A DNA stretch of 64,000 nt, from NCBI GenBank assembly GCA_964502925.1, contig CAZCYH010000008.1, forward strand, positions 4,185 through 68,184, read 5' to 3'. Of the stretch, positions 54,292 to 64,000 are shown piece after piece. A program made the position numbers and the translations under genes. Positions within the stretch are counted from its first letter, which is position 1. Every line of letters starts with the position of its first letter. Origin of the DNA: an uncultured Leptospira sp. (GTDB taxonomy: Bacteria; Spirochaetota; UBA4802; JAGODF01). The notes under the pieces were generated by a model. That model had not been told where the DNA came from. It did not search any database and was given only the letters and a program-made list of their open reading frames with translations.

Positions 54292-57219
54292 TCAATCTTC
54301 CATCACCTGCACAAGCGTGCGAAAGAGATTCGCATGTTCACGGAGTACCACTTCATTGCCCAGGGCGCACAGATACTCATCGCGCATAATTGCTTCAATG
54401 ACTTCGGCGAACGCAGAAATTTTTTGTGCATCACACGCGAGTACTTCATCGCGCTCCTTTTGCAGCATCTCCTGGGTTATTCCGCAAAGATGCATGCGCG
54501 CGGCCTTTTCCGCTTTCTCGCGTGGCGTGAGATGCCTGTCGAGCGTTGCGATGGTGCCGATGATGTAGCGCGTCATTTCCTTGCGATCTGCCCTGAAGGA
54601 GCGAAGATATGATGCTGCATTCTCATACACATCAATGGTTTCCGTAAGCCGTGGATCGCGATAGGAAGCAAAGGCGGCATTGCCGTTGCGCTGGAGTGAA
54701 ACAACCGCACCATACGCACCGCCCTGGACGCGAACGCGGTTCCAGAGATAATCCAGCCGAAGAATAGTGGCAAGGACATGCAACTCACCGGTAAATTGAA
54801 AACCCTTTGATATAAAATTCGCACCTTTCGCCACGTACTGCACCTGACTTTGTCCTAAGAGAAGCGCTTCATTTTTCGCATCAGGCGAGAAACTGCGTTG
54901 TAATATGCTGGATGGCGTTGATATCGGTATATGCATGAGGCTTGAAAAATGCTTCTGCGCGGCCTGCCGGCATGTTTCATCCGTCGTTATTGTCAGCAAA
55001 AGTTCATTGGTGTGAATGATGCAGTTTTGCGCTTTTTCGAGGTTTGTGAGCGTTTCATCGAAGCTTTTCTCGATCTGCTTTTCGAGCGCACAGAGGAATT
55101 TGTAGAATGATAGTCCCGATACACAGTCGTCATGGTGGTCGGCCGGTGAGAAGTACGAAAAAAGGCGTTTCATGGCTACCATATGCCCTTTATCGGTCAG
55201 CGACATTTCATAGCGGGATTTCATCTCTTTAACAATTTCTATGATGCGCTCACGGTCGGTGAAATCGCTTTCAAGTACTATTTCCGATATCAGGTCTGCA
55301 AGAGAAGCGATCTTATGTGTGAGCGCTTTGCCGCGAATGATGAGCCGCGGACTGAACTCGGTATTGGTACCCTGCAAAGAAAATGATTCGCAATAGCACG
55401 AAATACCGCCGGTATGGAGATTGATGAGACGGGCGAGATCCTCATAGCTGTGCTTCCGCGTACGAATTTTGCCCATCATCCCCGCAAGAAGGCCACCAAA
55501 GGGAAGCAATATCGTCTCTAAAGCGCTCATATCAAAATACAGGTGGAGATAAACAATGCCATTTGTAGCAATATCAGGCAAAAGAATTGTTCCATTTCTA
55601 AAAGGAACAAATTCTACGGGGATGATGTCAGTCTGAGGAGGAATATCAGATAAGTTTAAGCAGGGAAGGGTGGCTATCGCTTCAGGAGAATCGGGTTCGC
55701 TCTGACGCCGTTTCAGTTCATCGGCCATTTCTGCAATTGCGCATTTTTCCTTGTCTGAAAGTTTTTGTAGAACCGCAGTTAGCTTCTTTTCATCATCCTT
55801 ATCGCGTTCTTCTGCAAGCCCCTGCTTTGGCACCAGTGCAACGATTGCTGCATGAGAGTTTGAAAGAATATTGGTATCGATGAAATTTTCGAAGAAGTTA
55901 TCGCTCACTGACGTGCGGATTTTCAAAAGTGTTGCAGCAAAATCCAGATGTACAAGAGGATCATCGCAATACAGCCAGCTCGCCATGGACATAAAATGAT
56001 ACAAAAGCCCCTTCGGTATGCTCGGATGCTCGGCTTCTCTGAGCTGGAATTCGGTGTAGTTCAGCGTTGCTTCTATGAGTTCCCTGTCGATGCCATTTTT
56101 CACAAGGCCTTCGAGGGTTTCGCGAATAATGGATAAGAATTTCTCTTTGTGTGCAAGCTCGGTATTTTTTACAACAGTGCATAAAAATGGCTGAAGAATT
56201 TCAATTTCTGCGTGTCCCAGGACATCTTTCCCGATATTCGCTTTTAAGAGCGCTTTTTTAAGCGGGGAAGCTGAAGTGCCGAAGAGCAAATGCCTGATGA
56301 TGTCATAGCCTAAATACGTTACGGGATCGGTTACCTGGCCGGCGCATGTTGCATAGGCGAGGAATGTTCGTGCCTCTGGATCTTCGTTTCGTGATATTGG
56401 GTACTCAAATACTGCATCAACAGGTGTAGTAAACGGTGGTTGAGGGATGATGAGAGGCGAGCATTCTTTGTGCTCGAAATCCGCAAGATATTCTGAAATC
56501 AATGCAAGTTCGTGTTCGAGATTGCCATTTCCATAGAGATAGATATAACTGTTTGAAGGATGGTAGTACGTGCGATGAAATTGCAGAAATTTTTCCTGCG
56601 AAAGCGTAGAAATTGCATCCGGATCACCGCCGGATTCGAACGCGTAGCAGGTGGTGGGGTATAATAATTTCTGGATTTTCGAGAAAAGAATTCTTTCAGG
56701 GGAAGAAAACGCACCTTTCATTTCATTGTACACGACGCCGCTGATGATGAGCCTCTCGCTTTGATCGAACTCGTAATGCCAACCTTCCTGCATGAGCGTA
56801 AAAGGGTTTGCGTAGATGTTTGGAAAAAACACCGCATCGAGATACACGTCTATGAGATTGAGAAAATCTTTTTCATTTTTGCTTGCAACCGGATACATTG
56901 TCTTGTCGGGAAATGTCATCGCGTTGAGAAAAGTATTCAAAGAGCTTTTCAGAAGCTCCACGAATGGTTCCTTTGTGGGATATTTTCGTGATCCTGTAAG
57001 CACTGAGTGTTCAAGAATGTGAGGCAGGCCGGAATCGTCATCGGGAGGCGTGCGAAAAGCGATAGAGAAGACTTTGTTATCATCGATGTTGGCAAGCTTA
57101 AGAAGCCGTGCGCCTGTCTGCTGGTGTGAAAAAATGTAGGCGGTAGACTGAATCGAAGGTACATCGCGAACGGAAGAAAGAATAAAGCCGGAAAAATTCG
57201 TTCCTTCAGCGTAGTGCAT
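54292..57219 (-). CDS. M16-family zinc metallopeptidase, PreP/M16C-like (about 975 aa)
   Basis: ATG 57219 with an AAGGAG RBS 6 nt upstream (the track ORF starts 38 codons earlier). Inverted zinc motif HILEHSVLTGS (HxxEH) and downstream Glu (…YNEMKGA…). The length and the two-halves architecture are typical of M16C. Confidence 0.85.
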   Translation of the reverse strand: MHYAEGTNFSGFILSSVRDVPSIQSTAYIFSHQQTGARLLKLANIDDNKVFSIAFRTPPDDDSGLPHILEHSVLTGSRKYPTKEPFVELLKSSLNTFLNAMTFPDKTMYPVASKNEKDFLNLIDVYLDAVFFPNIYANPFTLMQEGWHYEFDQSERLIISGVVYNEMKGAFSSPERILFSKIQKLLYPTTCYAFESGGDPDAISTLSQEKFLQFHRTYYHPSNSYIYLYGNGNLEHELALISEYLADFEHKECSPLIIPQPPFTTPVDAVFEYPISRNEDPEARTFLAYATCAGQVTDPVTYLGYDIIRHLLFGTSASPLKKALLKANIGKDVLGHAEIEILQPFLCTVVKNTELAHKEKFLSIIRETLEGLVKNGIDRELIEATLNYTEFQLREAEHPSIPKGLLYHFMSMASWLYCDDPLVHLDFAATLLKIRTSVSDNFFENFIDTNILSNSHAAIVALVPKQGLAEERDKDDEKKLTAVLQKLSDKEKCAIAEMADELKRRQSEPDSPEAIATLPCLNLSDIPPQTDIIPVEFVPFRNGTILLPDIATNGIVYLHLYFDMSALETILLPFGGLLAGMMGKIRTRKHSYEDLARLINLHTGGISCYCESFSLQGTNTEFSPRLIIRGKALTHKIASLADLISEIVLESDFTDRERIIEIVKEMKSRYEMSLTDKGHMVAMKRLFSYFSPADHHDDCVSGLSFYKFLCALEKQIEKSFDETLTNLEKAQNCIIHTNELLLTITTDETCRQAAQKHFSSLMHIPISTPSSILQRSFSPDAKNEALLLGQSQVQYVAKGANFISKGFQFTGELHVLATILRLDYLWNRVRVQGGAYGAVVSLQRNGNAAFASYRDPRLTETIDVYENAASYLRSFRADRKEMTRYIIGTIATLDRHLTPREKAEKAARMHLCGITQEMLQKERDEVLACDAQKISAFAEVIEAIMRDEYLCALGNEVVLREHANLFRTLVQVMED

Positions 57220-57407
57220 GTGAGACTCCTTGGTTAGATATGAAAATATCATTTTAGCATTTATCCGATTAGTGCAATAAAAAAAAGAATAAGGTGGGTC
57301 GAAAAAATCAAGTAGTTCAATGCACTTGCGCAAAAAAATTTTATCTCCTCCCGCTTTTCATCGTATTAATGAATGAAGGGAAATGTTATTGCACGGAGGA
57401 ATATACC

Positions 57408-57890
57408 ATGTACATGAAAACCACCTACTGCATGACCGAAGAGGTGATTGCAAAGCTTGCGGAAGCAGAAAAGAAAACCGGACGCGACAGGATGGATTTG
57501 CTCGACTGGGCGATGCGGATTTTGATTCATGATTTTAAGAAGCTTCGAAAAAAATGGGATGGGACAATTGAATATCAGAAGAGAACCGATGAAGAAGGCA
57601 ATCCGATAAAAAAACACCGGGTGAAAGTGAAACTACTAAAGTTTGATAATCTGCTGATGCAGGATTTGCGGCGGTTTTGTTTTATGTCGATTTCGCTTCT
57701 CATTGCTATCGCCGTAGAAACCTACCTTGATGAGGTGGTGGCGTACTACTGTGCGAAGTACTATGAGGATGTTGCGGATAATTATCTCATCGGAAACTGG
57801 TCACTTCGGGAAAAATATACAGAAACGGGTACTTGCATCACCATCTGGTATGGGGTACCACCAAATTACATGGAAGAATACTTCGGATAA
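57408..57890 (+). CDS. Hypothetical protein (possible ribbon-helix-helix-like N-terminus)
   Basis: ATG 57408 with a GGAGGA RBS. 160 aa (MYMKTTYCMTEEVIAKLAEAEKKTGRDRMDLLDWAMRIL…). No firm family. Confidence 0.45.
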   Translation: MYMKTTYCMTEEVIAKLAEAEKKTGRDRMDLLDWAMRILIHDFKKLRKKWDGTIEYQKRTDEEGNPIKKHRVKVKLLKFDNLLMQDLRRFCFMSISLLIAIAVETYLDEVVAYYCAKYYEDVADNYLIGNWSLREKYTETGTCITIWYGVPPNYMEEYFG

Positions 57891-58090
57891 GCTCCGATTT
57901 GTCCTGAATTCACATCTTCTTTAACCAGATTTCGGTATCAGGCAGTTGTAGCTTTGTCTTTTGAAAGCGAAACTGTTAGTGAGGGATTTGTGCTAATATC
58001 ACTAATGGTACACCCCGAATTACATTACGACATGTAAGGAATTCGGCTATTCCAGCGCTGATTCATAGAATTGCTATCTAACAAAAACCA

Positions 58091-59467
58091 TTAAAACATG
58101 ATGTTTGCACCTACCATAATGAAGTTCCTGGGATTGTTGTTATCAGAGGCGTAGGCGCTGCCGGGCAAAAACAGCCCATAGTTAATAAACAATGCTAAAT
58201 CATAAAAGGCGCCCCAGCGCAGTGCGACATCGATTCCGTGGCCCACGTCGCGGTCGTCAAGCGGTGCTTCACCGGCATTAATTACACCGAATGAATAATA
58301 CTTCATATAGTAGGAATATTTAGCAATAAAGCTTACGCGCCTGACTGCAGGGGTCTGGCTGTTCCAGAATGGCGCCAGAGAAAAACCTGCGCGAAACACG
58401 TGGAGGTTTGCCAGAACAGGCCGAAGCCCATATCCCCCGTGGAACGTACCGAAGTACATGAAACCGTTGTCATCGCTGTTGGCGTTCGCATTTGGCACTG
58501 TGTAGCTTCCTCTATCCTTATCGCCCGAGCCGAATGCGTACTGGAATGAGAGTACGGGAAGGGTGGGCAGCGTCAGATAGATATCGACTCCGCAATTGAG
58601 CGCAATGGCGTTTATGTTTCTTTCCTCGGTAGAGTTTAATTTATAGCTTGTACCCGTCTCGTAGACAAATTCGGAGTAGTAATTGGCATATCCTCCCAGA
58701 TAGCCGCGAAGGCCCATTGCATAGTATTCGGCGTTGTATCTTGTTTTAACCGATGGGTCATCATCTGCGAAATCGATTTCAATGATGCTGAAGAAATAAA
58801 GGGTCTGATTCCAGAAACGTTTTTCCAGAAGGCCGCCCGTGAAGATGCGCTTTGCGCCGTCGGCGGTATCGCGCTCATTGAGATTATAGGGGTTTTCATT
58901 TTTATTGAGAAAGCCGGTATAGGCAAAGATGATGGAAATATCAGCTATTGGCGTAAAGAGATTCATTTCTCCGCCATCGCCGCGGCCATTCATCACAAGG
59001 CCGGTTCCTACGCTGAAATAGCGGCGTCCGGCTTCAATTTTGAAAATGTTATTATCGGTGTGGTATCGGAAAAAACCCAATTCGAGGTCAAAGGTGTTTT
59101 TTGAATCGTCTATGGTTTCTCCGGTGCTACCGAGCTCGTTTTTCACGAAAACTCCCTGATATTTATCCATGACGCGCAGGTAACACGAGATGTTTTGCCA
59201 GAGTCCGGCATCGAGCCAGGCGCGGATGGTTGTTTGCGTCATTCCAAGTCGGGAACTTCCTTCAATAGTATCCAGATAGAGGGGGGTGAGCCAGGCACCG
59301 TATCGCAGGCTGAAGGGACGCTGTTTTTCGGTCAGCATCTTCATATCCGCGTCGGTGATATAGCGGTTGAGCGATTCATCTCCGGTATTCTGCGCGGAAA
59401 GATAGTCTCTTGAAAATACAAACAAAAGTGCGGATATGCACAATAAATATACAATGGTTTTTTTCAC
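58091..59467 (-). CDS. Hypothetical outer-membrane beta-barrel protein
   Basis: 458 aa. Signal peptide and amphipathic beta-strand periodicity. C-terminal …GANIMF ending in an aromatic residue. Confidence 0.5.
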   Translation of the reverse strand: MKKTIVYLLCISALLFVFSRDYLSAQNTGDESLNRYITDADMKMLTEKQRPFSLRYGAWLTPLYLDTIEGSSRLGMTQTTIRAWLDAGLWQNISCYLRVMDKYQGVFVKNELGSTGETIDDSKNTFDLELGFFRYHTDNNIFKIEAGRRYFSVGTGLVMNGRGDGGEMNLFTPIADISIIFAYTGFLNKNENPYNLNERDTADGAKRIFTGGLLEKRFWNQTLYFFSIIEIDFADDDPSVKTRYNAEYYAMGLRGYLGGYANYYSEFVYETGTSYKLNSTEERNINAIALNCGVDIYLTLPTLPVLSFQYAFGSGDKDRGSYTVPNANANSDDNGFMYFGTFHGGYGLRPVLANLHVFRAGFSLAPFWNSQTPAVRRVSFIAKYSYYMKYYSFGVINAGEAPLDDRDVGHGIDVALRWGAFYDLALFINYGLFLPGSAYASDNNNPRNFIMVGANIMF

Positions 59468-59940
59468 TTATCGCCTCCTGCTTTTTCCGCGACTTTCCGT
59501 ACCACTTCCACCAGCTCGCCGCCGCTTAAAATATCCCATTCGCTACCACTTGATTCCATGATGCCTCCGGCAACACACGCGGTGACCGCATGGCGCTTCG
59601 TGTGAAATATCCTGTACATAAATGAATCGCCGAGATGCAGATATCGTGCCGCAAGAAGCGCAAGCAGCCCTCTGCGCAACGGGGCGTTTTCCTGAATCCC
59701 TTCGGGAAGGGGAATGCCTTTATTGCGAAGAAGGGCTACATTGTTCTGAAAATCGGGCCTGCGGGCGCCATAAAACATGGCGAAAAGACCCACCGCGTCT
59801 TTCACGCGTGCCATCGGCGCGTCGGCAATCTCATTGACAAACTCAATATCCGCCACGCTCTGAAATCCGCCTTCCTGCGCAATGAGCGGCAGAGATAAAA
59901 GCGCGATAAGAACGAACGCTGTTTTTTTTATCATGAGCAT
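59464..59940 (-). CDS. Hypothetical secreted protein
   Basis: 158 aa with a signal peptide (MLMIKKTAFVLIALLSLPLIAQE). The stop overlaps the downstream gene start. Confidence 0.45.
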   Translation of the reverse strand: MLMIKKTAFVLIALLSLPLIAQEGGFQSVADIEFVNEIADAPMARVKDAVGLFAMFYGARRPDFQNNVALLRNKGIPLPEGIQENAPLRRGLLALLAARYLHLGDSFMYRIFHTKRHAVTACVAGGIMESSGSEWDILSGGELVEVVRKVAEKAGGDK

Positions 59941-60085
59941 CCTCGCTTTATAATTTCATGCGGATTCGCACATCAAATATCCTTGGATGAAAAAAGTTAC
60001 CGAACAGTGTGCGGTAACTTTTTATATGAATAACGAATTTTTCACATTCCATCTGGTATGTGTTCTATGTTCAATGGTAGTTTCG

Positions 60086-60811
60086 TTATTGCCAGATCAG
60101 CTTAAATACCGCTTTCGCCTTTGCCTGATCGAGGGGTGTGGTGAATTTCCCTGGATTGGCGCCTGTATCAAAACCGAACTGCTCGAGCATGCTCTGCTCC
60201 TTGTCGGTCATGCTGTCCAGATAGAGCTTCACAAGGGTATTTCCCATGCGGTCGGAAAGCAGAAACTCAGGACGGGCCTGATCGGTCTTAAGCTGGAATA
60301 CGAGTTTGCCTTTAATCATATTGGCGATACCGTTTGCGTTTTCCGTTCCCACTGCGCCTTCGAGCACTTTCACTATCATGCCCGATTGAGGGCCGAAAGA
60401 AACTTCCTCTTCGGTGCCTCGTACGCTCGATGTTGCTACCGGAGTGGAGATCTTGAATTGCGTCCTGATTGCGGCGATCTTTTTTACCTTCACGTTGATG
60501 GCGCCGTATTTGAGGCCAAGATTCGTGTTCGATTCTTCTGAACTGGCCATGTTATGATTTATCCGCACCATGGAAAGCTGCCGAACGGTTATTTTGTTGC
60601 CATCGACATCCAGCACGACTGAAGAACCGGCTCCTGTACTGATTTTTGTTCCCAGTGCAAGTTTTTGATTTACTGCAAGCGGCTTCCATTGCTCGCTGTC
60701 CTTATACGCGGCTTTGCCGTTGATTTGTTCCACGGTGATAACCGCAAACGCGGGCATCAGCATGCAAAGGATAATACAAAAAGAAGCAATTGTACTGTAT
60801 TTGAATTTCAT
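60086..60811 (-). CDS. Secreted FecR-domain-like protein
   Basis: ATG 60811 with a GGAGGA RBS (MKFKYSTIASFCIILCMLMPAFA signal peptide). A FecR-like beta segment follows (GTKISTGAGSSVVLDVDGNKITVRQLSMV). Confidence 0.55.
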   Translation of the reverse strand: MKFKYSTIASFCIILCMLMPAFAVITVEQINGKAAYKDSEQWKPLAVNQKLALGTKISTGAGSSVVLDVDGNKITVRQLSMVRINHNMASSEESNTNLGLKYGAINVKVKKIAAIRTQFKISTPVATSSVRGTEEEVSFGPQSGMIVKVLEGAVGTENANGIANMIKGKLVFQLKTDQARPEFLLSDRMGNTLVKLYLDSMTDKEQSMLEQFGFDTGANPGKFTTPLDQAKAKAVFKLIWQ

Positions 60812-61134
60812 CGCATCCTCCTCGAGATTAGCATGTTTCATTCGTTTCAATTGATAATATCACCGCTTATCGATTATAATGAAAAAAAATATTATTACAA
60901 TGAAAATTATTTTCATTGGTTTGTTTTGCTGTCAAGATAATTATTTGCACTTTTATTAGTGCGAATAGTATAATACGCATCATGCGGAATATTCCTATGC
61001 CTCATGTGGGTATAAAGATATTTCCACATTGCGATGTGAAGTATTAGAAATTTAGCTCAGTTGTATTAAAAAATCCTTAAAGGGCTAACATTTTCAGGGA
61101 AAATGATAAAATTTTTTTTAAAAGTTTTCTTTGA

Positions 61135-61163
61135 TTGACAGTCATGCAGTGATTATATAATAT
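61135..61163 (+). promoter_or_regulatory. Putative sigma70-type promoter for the 61252 gene
   Basis: TTGACA at 61135-61140. TATAAT at 61156-61161 (15-nt spacer), or TAATAT at 61158-61163 (17-nt spacer). It sits inside a 400-nt AT-rich divergent intergenic region. Confidence 0.35.
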
Positions 61164-61251
61164 ATCATACGAGATAGTGTATGTGCGCGGAATGAAAAAT
61201 TTTAAGTTCAGATGGGTTTCCTTAAAAAAAATTTAAAACAGGAAAATTCTC

Positions 61252-62409
61252 ATGAAGGCAACATTGATTGTACGGTATTGCATCTCGATTGTAATAATAT
61301 TTCTTCTGCACAATATGCTTTATGCAACCACTTTTGAAATGCAGATTACTCCCGGAGACGCGCTGACGGCAGTGGGCCTCGATTTTTACGATTACCAGGC
61401 CGCTTCACAGCGGCTGACGGAATACCCGAACCTTTTTGCACATAAAAACAGCGAAGTGATACCCACAGGCCTTGCGATGGCAAATGTGCTCGGCTATCCA
61501 AACGGCAGGGCCATGATTGGCCAGTTTCCGCACTTTGAGCTTGGAATCGCCGCAGGCGTTTCGACCTATCAGCTTTTCCGCTACCATGATTACGATATCC
61601 ACAACCCGGAAATACCCGGCGGCGGCATCAATGGCGGCATTCACTTTGGTACTGGCATCGATGATCAGATGGACATCATGTTTAAAATTTTTGTCATAGG
61701 CTCGTATTATGTGTACGATAGAGAATTCAACCAGTCGGTGACGCACGATACTACGGTTGATAGAGAATACAATCTCAAAGTAACCGATAATAGCATCTAT
61801 TCTTTTGGTGTGAAAACACGCTACAATGTTCTGCGCCCGCAATCGCGCTCGTGGTTTGCTTTTGGAGGAGTTAACGTTAATCTGGCGTTCGATTACATGT
61901 CAGCGCGATTTGCTGCGAAAGGGAATTATACCACCACAAAAACCGTTGATCTCACCATACCGCTTATGATGGGCGATCCAATCCCGACCGAAATGATTGC
62001 GCAGGTTGCGGGAAGTACTGCAATTCAATGGCATTTTTTCTCGATAACGCCAGAGGTGATTACGTATTTCAACATGCTGTACGCGCTCAATCTCTATACC
62101 GGCTTTGCGCTTTCTATAAACAGAGGGGCGATAACTTTTGAATCCGATGCGCGCGGGACAATACGCAATACGGCAGATATAAAAGATCCCAACAATACAT
62201 CGATTACATTAGTTCCCGCAAATTCGACAATTGCTTCCGCGGTCTTACATGCCGACACGTCAATGACGCCGAATGTGCTTTTGCCGCGCTATATACTGGG
62301 ATTTGAATTTGATTTTGCGCTGGTGAAAATTACTCTTGAAGCGTCAACCGTGCTCATCAGCCCCACGCAGAGTTTCACGACACAGGTTGGCGTGCGGACG
62401 GAGATATAA
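61252..62409 (+). CDS. Hypothetical secreted/outer-membrane protein
   Basis: 385 aa. N-terminal signal/anchor, beta-rich. No recognisable family. Confidence 0.5.
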   Translation: MKATLIVRYCISIVIIFLLHNMLYATTFEMQITPGDALTAVGLDFYDYQAASQRLTEYPNLFAHKNSEVIPTGLAMANVLGYPNGRAMIGQFPHFELGIAAGVSTYQLFRYHDYDIHNPEIPGGGINGGIHFGTGIDDQMDIMFKIFVIGSYYVYDREFNQSVTHDTTVDREYNLKVTDNSIYSFGVKTRYNVLRPQSRSWFAFGGVNVNLAFDYMSARFAAKGNYTTTKTVDLTIPLMMGDPIPTEMIAQVAGSTAIQWHFFSITPEVITYFNMLYALNLYTGFALSINRGAITFESDARGTIRNTADIKDPNNTSITLVPANSTIASAVLHADTSMTPNVLLPRYILGFEFDFALVKITLEASTVLISPTQSFTTQVGVRTEI

Positions 62410-62474
62410 CGTTGCGTGTGGCATTCATAAGAGCACAAACGCGTGGCGGTAGTGGTAGTACTCCCGCGGTGATA

Positions 62475-64000
62475 TTATGGCCCGAATGTGGTAACATCAT
62501 CGTACAATAGATTGATACCTTCCCCGGCAGTTCTGTAATCTTCCCAGAAAAGGAGTGCGCCTGCGCCATTGTTGTATGGTACAAGCAGGATATTGCCCCA
62601 GTATTCGTTGAAATCATTGAGAACAAACGCCACGCCGTTTAAGTCAGTGCTGCTGGTATCAGCATACCATGTAATATCACGGGCACCAGTAGCAGCATTA
62701 ATCTTCATACCAAAAATGCCGCGGCCCGAGAATGATGCAAAGCGGTCATCTTCCCAGGAGATGATGGTATCAGCGCCATTTAAAAAGATTTTTGGATTTT
62801 GCTGTGTGCCCGTTGCACTGGAAATATAATATCCTGCCCAATTGGTAGTTCCTACACGACAACACCAGATATTGCCGCCGATGTTTGCAACCACGATGAC
62901 ATCATTGCCGCCAGCATAGGCCATATCGACCTGCGATGGTGCAGTCGGATTTCCGATTGCCTGGCCGTTTGCACCCCACTGGCGGGCGCCGCTTGTGTCG
63001 ATGCGCTGTACGCGCAGGGCGCCGGCAATTGAATAGAGCACCACAAGGCCGCCAGCATTGTCGCTTTGCACAATCTGAATGGTTTCGGCGGAAGCAATCT
63101 GAGTGTCGATCTCAACAGGTCCCCAGAGGGAGGTGCCGGTTCCGTCGAGCTTTCGTATCACAACCTGTGATGGTGTTGCTGTGTTATTATATATCACGAG
63201 TGCACTTCCCATGCCATCGGGAATGGCGGTGGGATTAGTTCCTGTGGCAATAGTCCATTCCGCTTTCAGCGTCACCGGCGCTGCACCGCCTTCGATATTT
63301 AAAATTTTTCCCTGAATATTGGTGCCGTTCTGCCACACGTATAGCACCCCGCGATGGCGATAGATTAGGTAGTAGTCGCCATTCGCAAAGGAAATTGAAT
63401 TGTGCGAAAGCGTAAGCGTGGTGGCTGCTACCGCTCTTACCATTGCATACGCATTAGTGGTGAAATTGTATACCACATCGCCAACCTGTACTTTTGCTGT
63501 AAAATCATTTGGAGCGTTATCAACTAATGAGCCAGCGCCGCCGCCATCGGCAACTCCGGCCTGAATGACGTGGGTGGCATTTGTATTTGCAAGTGCAAAG
63601 CGAATAATTTCATAATCTTCATTATTATCGGCAGTGCCAACATCAAAGATATCATCTGAGAGATCAAGTGAATGTTTTTTTACGCCGCCTGCTGCTACAG
63701 ACGTGATGTTTTTGTTGAATACATCTTCAAAGCTTATGACAATATCACCCGCAACGACCCCGCTGGAAGTAAAATCAGCAAGGCTATCGTATAGCGGATT
63801 AGCAGGCAAAGAATCGGCAGTGCCAGTGAGAAGTGTATTATATATGGTGTAGGGTGTTGTACCGGTTATCCCAATTGCAAAATCTATAGTAAACCGATAA
63901 AATTGATTAAGTGGATGAGCAGGGCTTTGAAAATAATCATCATAGATAATGTAGCTATCTCCGGTATCAAACGAAGCGGCACTTTTAAGAGTAAGCGCAG
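62475..64000 (-). CDS. Large secreted beta-rich repeat protein, 5' end outside window (partial)
   Basis: The track lists 62475-63809, but its M is a TTG. The same minus-strand frame has no stop between 63810 and 64000 (checked codon by codon). The gene therefore most likely starts beyond the window end. It is Gly/Thr/Asn/Ala-rich with repeated …W..G… beta-propeller-like blocks. Confidence 0.55.
   Translation of the reverse strand, partial: ALTLKSAASFDTGDSYIIYDDYFQSPAHPLNQFYRFTIDFAIGITGTTPYTIYNTLLTGTADSLPANPLYDSLADFTSSGVVAGDIVISFEDVFNKNITSVAAGGVKKHSLDLSDDIFDVGTADNNEDYEIIRFALANTNATHVIQAGVADGGGAGSLVDNAPNDFTAKVQVGDVVYNFTTNAYAMVRAVAATTLTLSHNSISFANGDYYLIYRHRGVLYVWQNGTNIQGKILNIEGGAAPVTLKAEWTIATGTNPTAIPDGMGSALVIYNNTATPSQVVIRKLDGTGTSLWGPVEIDTQIASAETIQIVQSDNAGGLVVLYSIAGALRVQRIDTSGARQWGANGQAIGNPTAPSQVDMAYAGGNDVIVVANIGGNIWCCRVGTTNWAGYYISSATGTQQNPKIFLNGADTIISWEDDRFASFSGRGIFGMKINAATGARDITWYADTSSTDLNGVAFVLNDFNEYWGNILLVPYNNGAGALLFWEDYRTAGEGINLLYDDVTTFGP

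Noticed and set aside
58015-58046. Imperfect hairpin CCGAATTACAT…ATGTAAGGAATTCGG between convergent genes
   Set aside because: No U-run on either strand and the stem is bulged. Too weak to call a terminator.
1-64000. rRNA/tRNA genes
   Set aside because: No rRNA-like conserved stretches were recognised. Intergenic regions were scanned by eye and none looked like a tRNA cloverleaf. Short tRNAs cannot be excluded without tRNAscan.

Overview
This 64-kb window looks like chromosomal DNA of an anaerobic, diderm-type bacterium. Supporting signs are LolA-like, FecR-domain and outer-membrane beta-barrel proteins and many lipoproteins. GC content is moderate and gene density is high. No rRNA, tRNA or CRISPR array was recognised by eye.

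The most interesting region (about 5.5-15 kb) is a tightly coupled Ni-enzyme operon of the Wood-Ljungdahl type: radical-SAM protein, cooC/acsF ATPase, MetE-C-terminal-like (core-MetE-like) Zn methyltransferase, second cooC/acsF, Ni-CODH catalytic subunit (cooS), and an acetyl-CoA synthase (acsB) fused in one ORF to a CFeSP small-subunit-like (AcsD/CdhD-like) TIM-barrel domain. No acsC or acsE lies inside the operon or anywhere else in this window; flanking sequence outside it is unseen.

Directly downstream are metal-logistics genes: a CorA-family transporter with an atypical SMN motif, and a TupABC-like tungstate/molybdate ABC transporter. An ADP-forming acetyl-CoA synthetase (acd) lies at about 39.4-41.5 kb.

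Other notable content:
- A three-gene operon of a split transketolase plus a RubisCO-like protein (form IV-like, with KDDH in place of KDDE).
- thiS and thiE (the latter with an N-terminal extension), rsmE and queF.
- A second-messenger/signalling neighbourhood: a PP2C phosphatase with TPR, a STAS-like protein, an HDOD protein, a HAMP-adenylate cyclase, PilZ, and an MBL/class-II-PDE-like enzyme fused to two cNMP-binding domains.
- A divergent WYL-regulator/short-SSB pair.
- A LemA-TPM-TPM module, a ParA-like ATPase, ZupT, M23/M16/M14-like peptidases, and many secreted or outer-membrane hypotheticals.
- A small unannotated lysine-rich histone-H1-tail-like 34-aa ORF with a strong RBS, preceded by a perfect 20-bp tandem repeat.

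The last gene (62475-64000, minus strand) runs off the window end.

All calls are from reading the sequence and the supplied six-frame track. No database searches were run.
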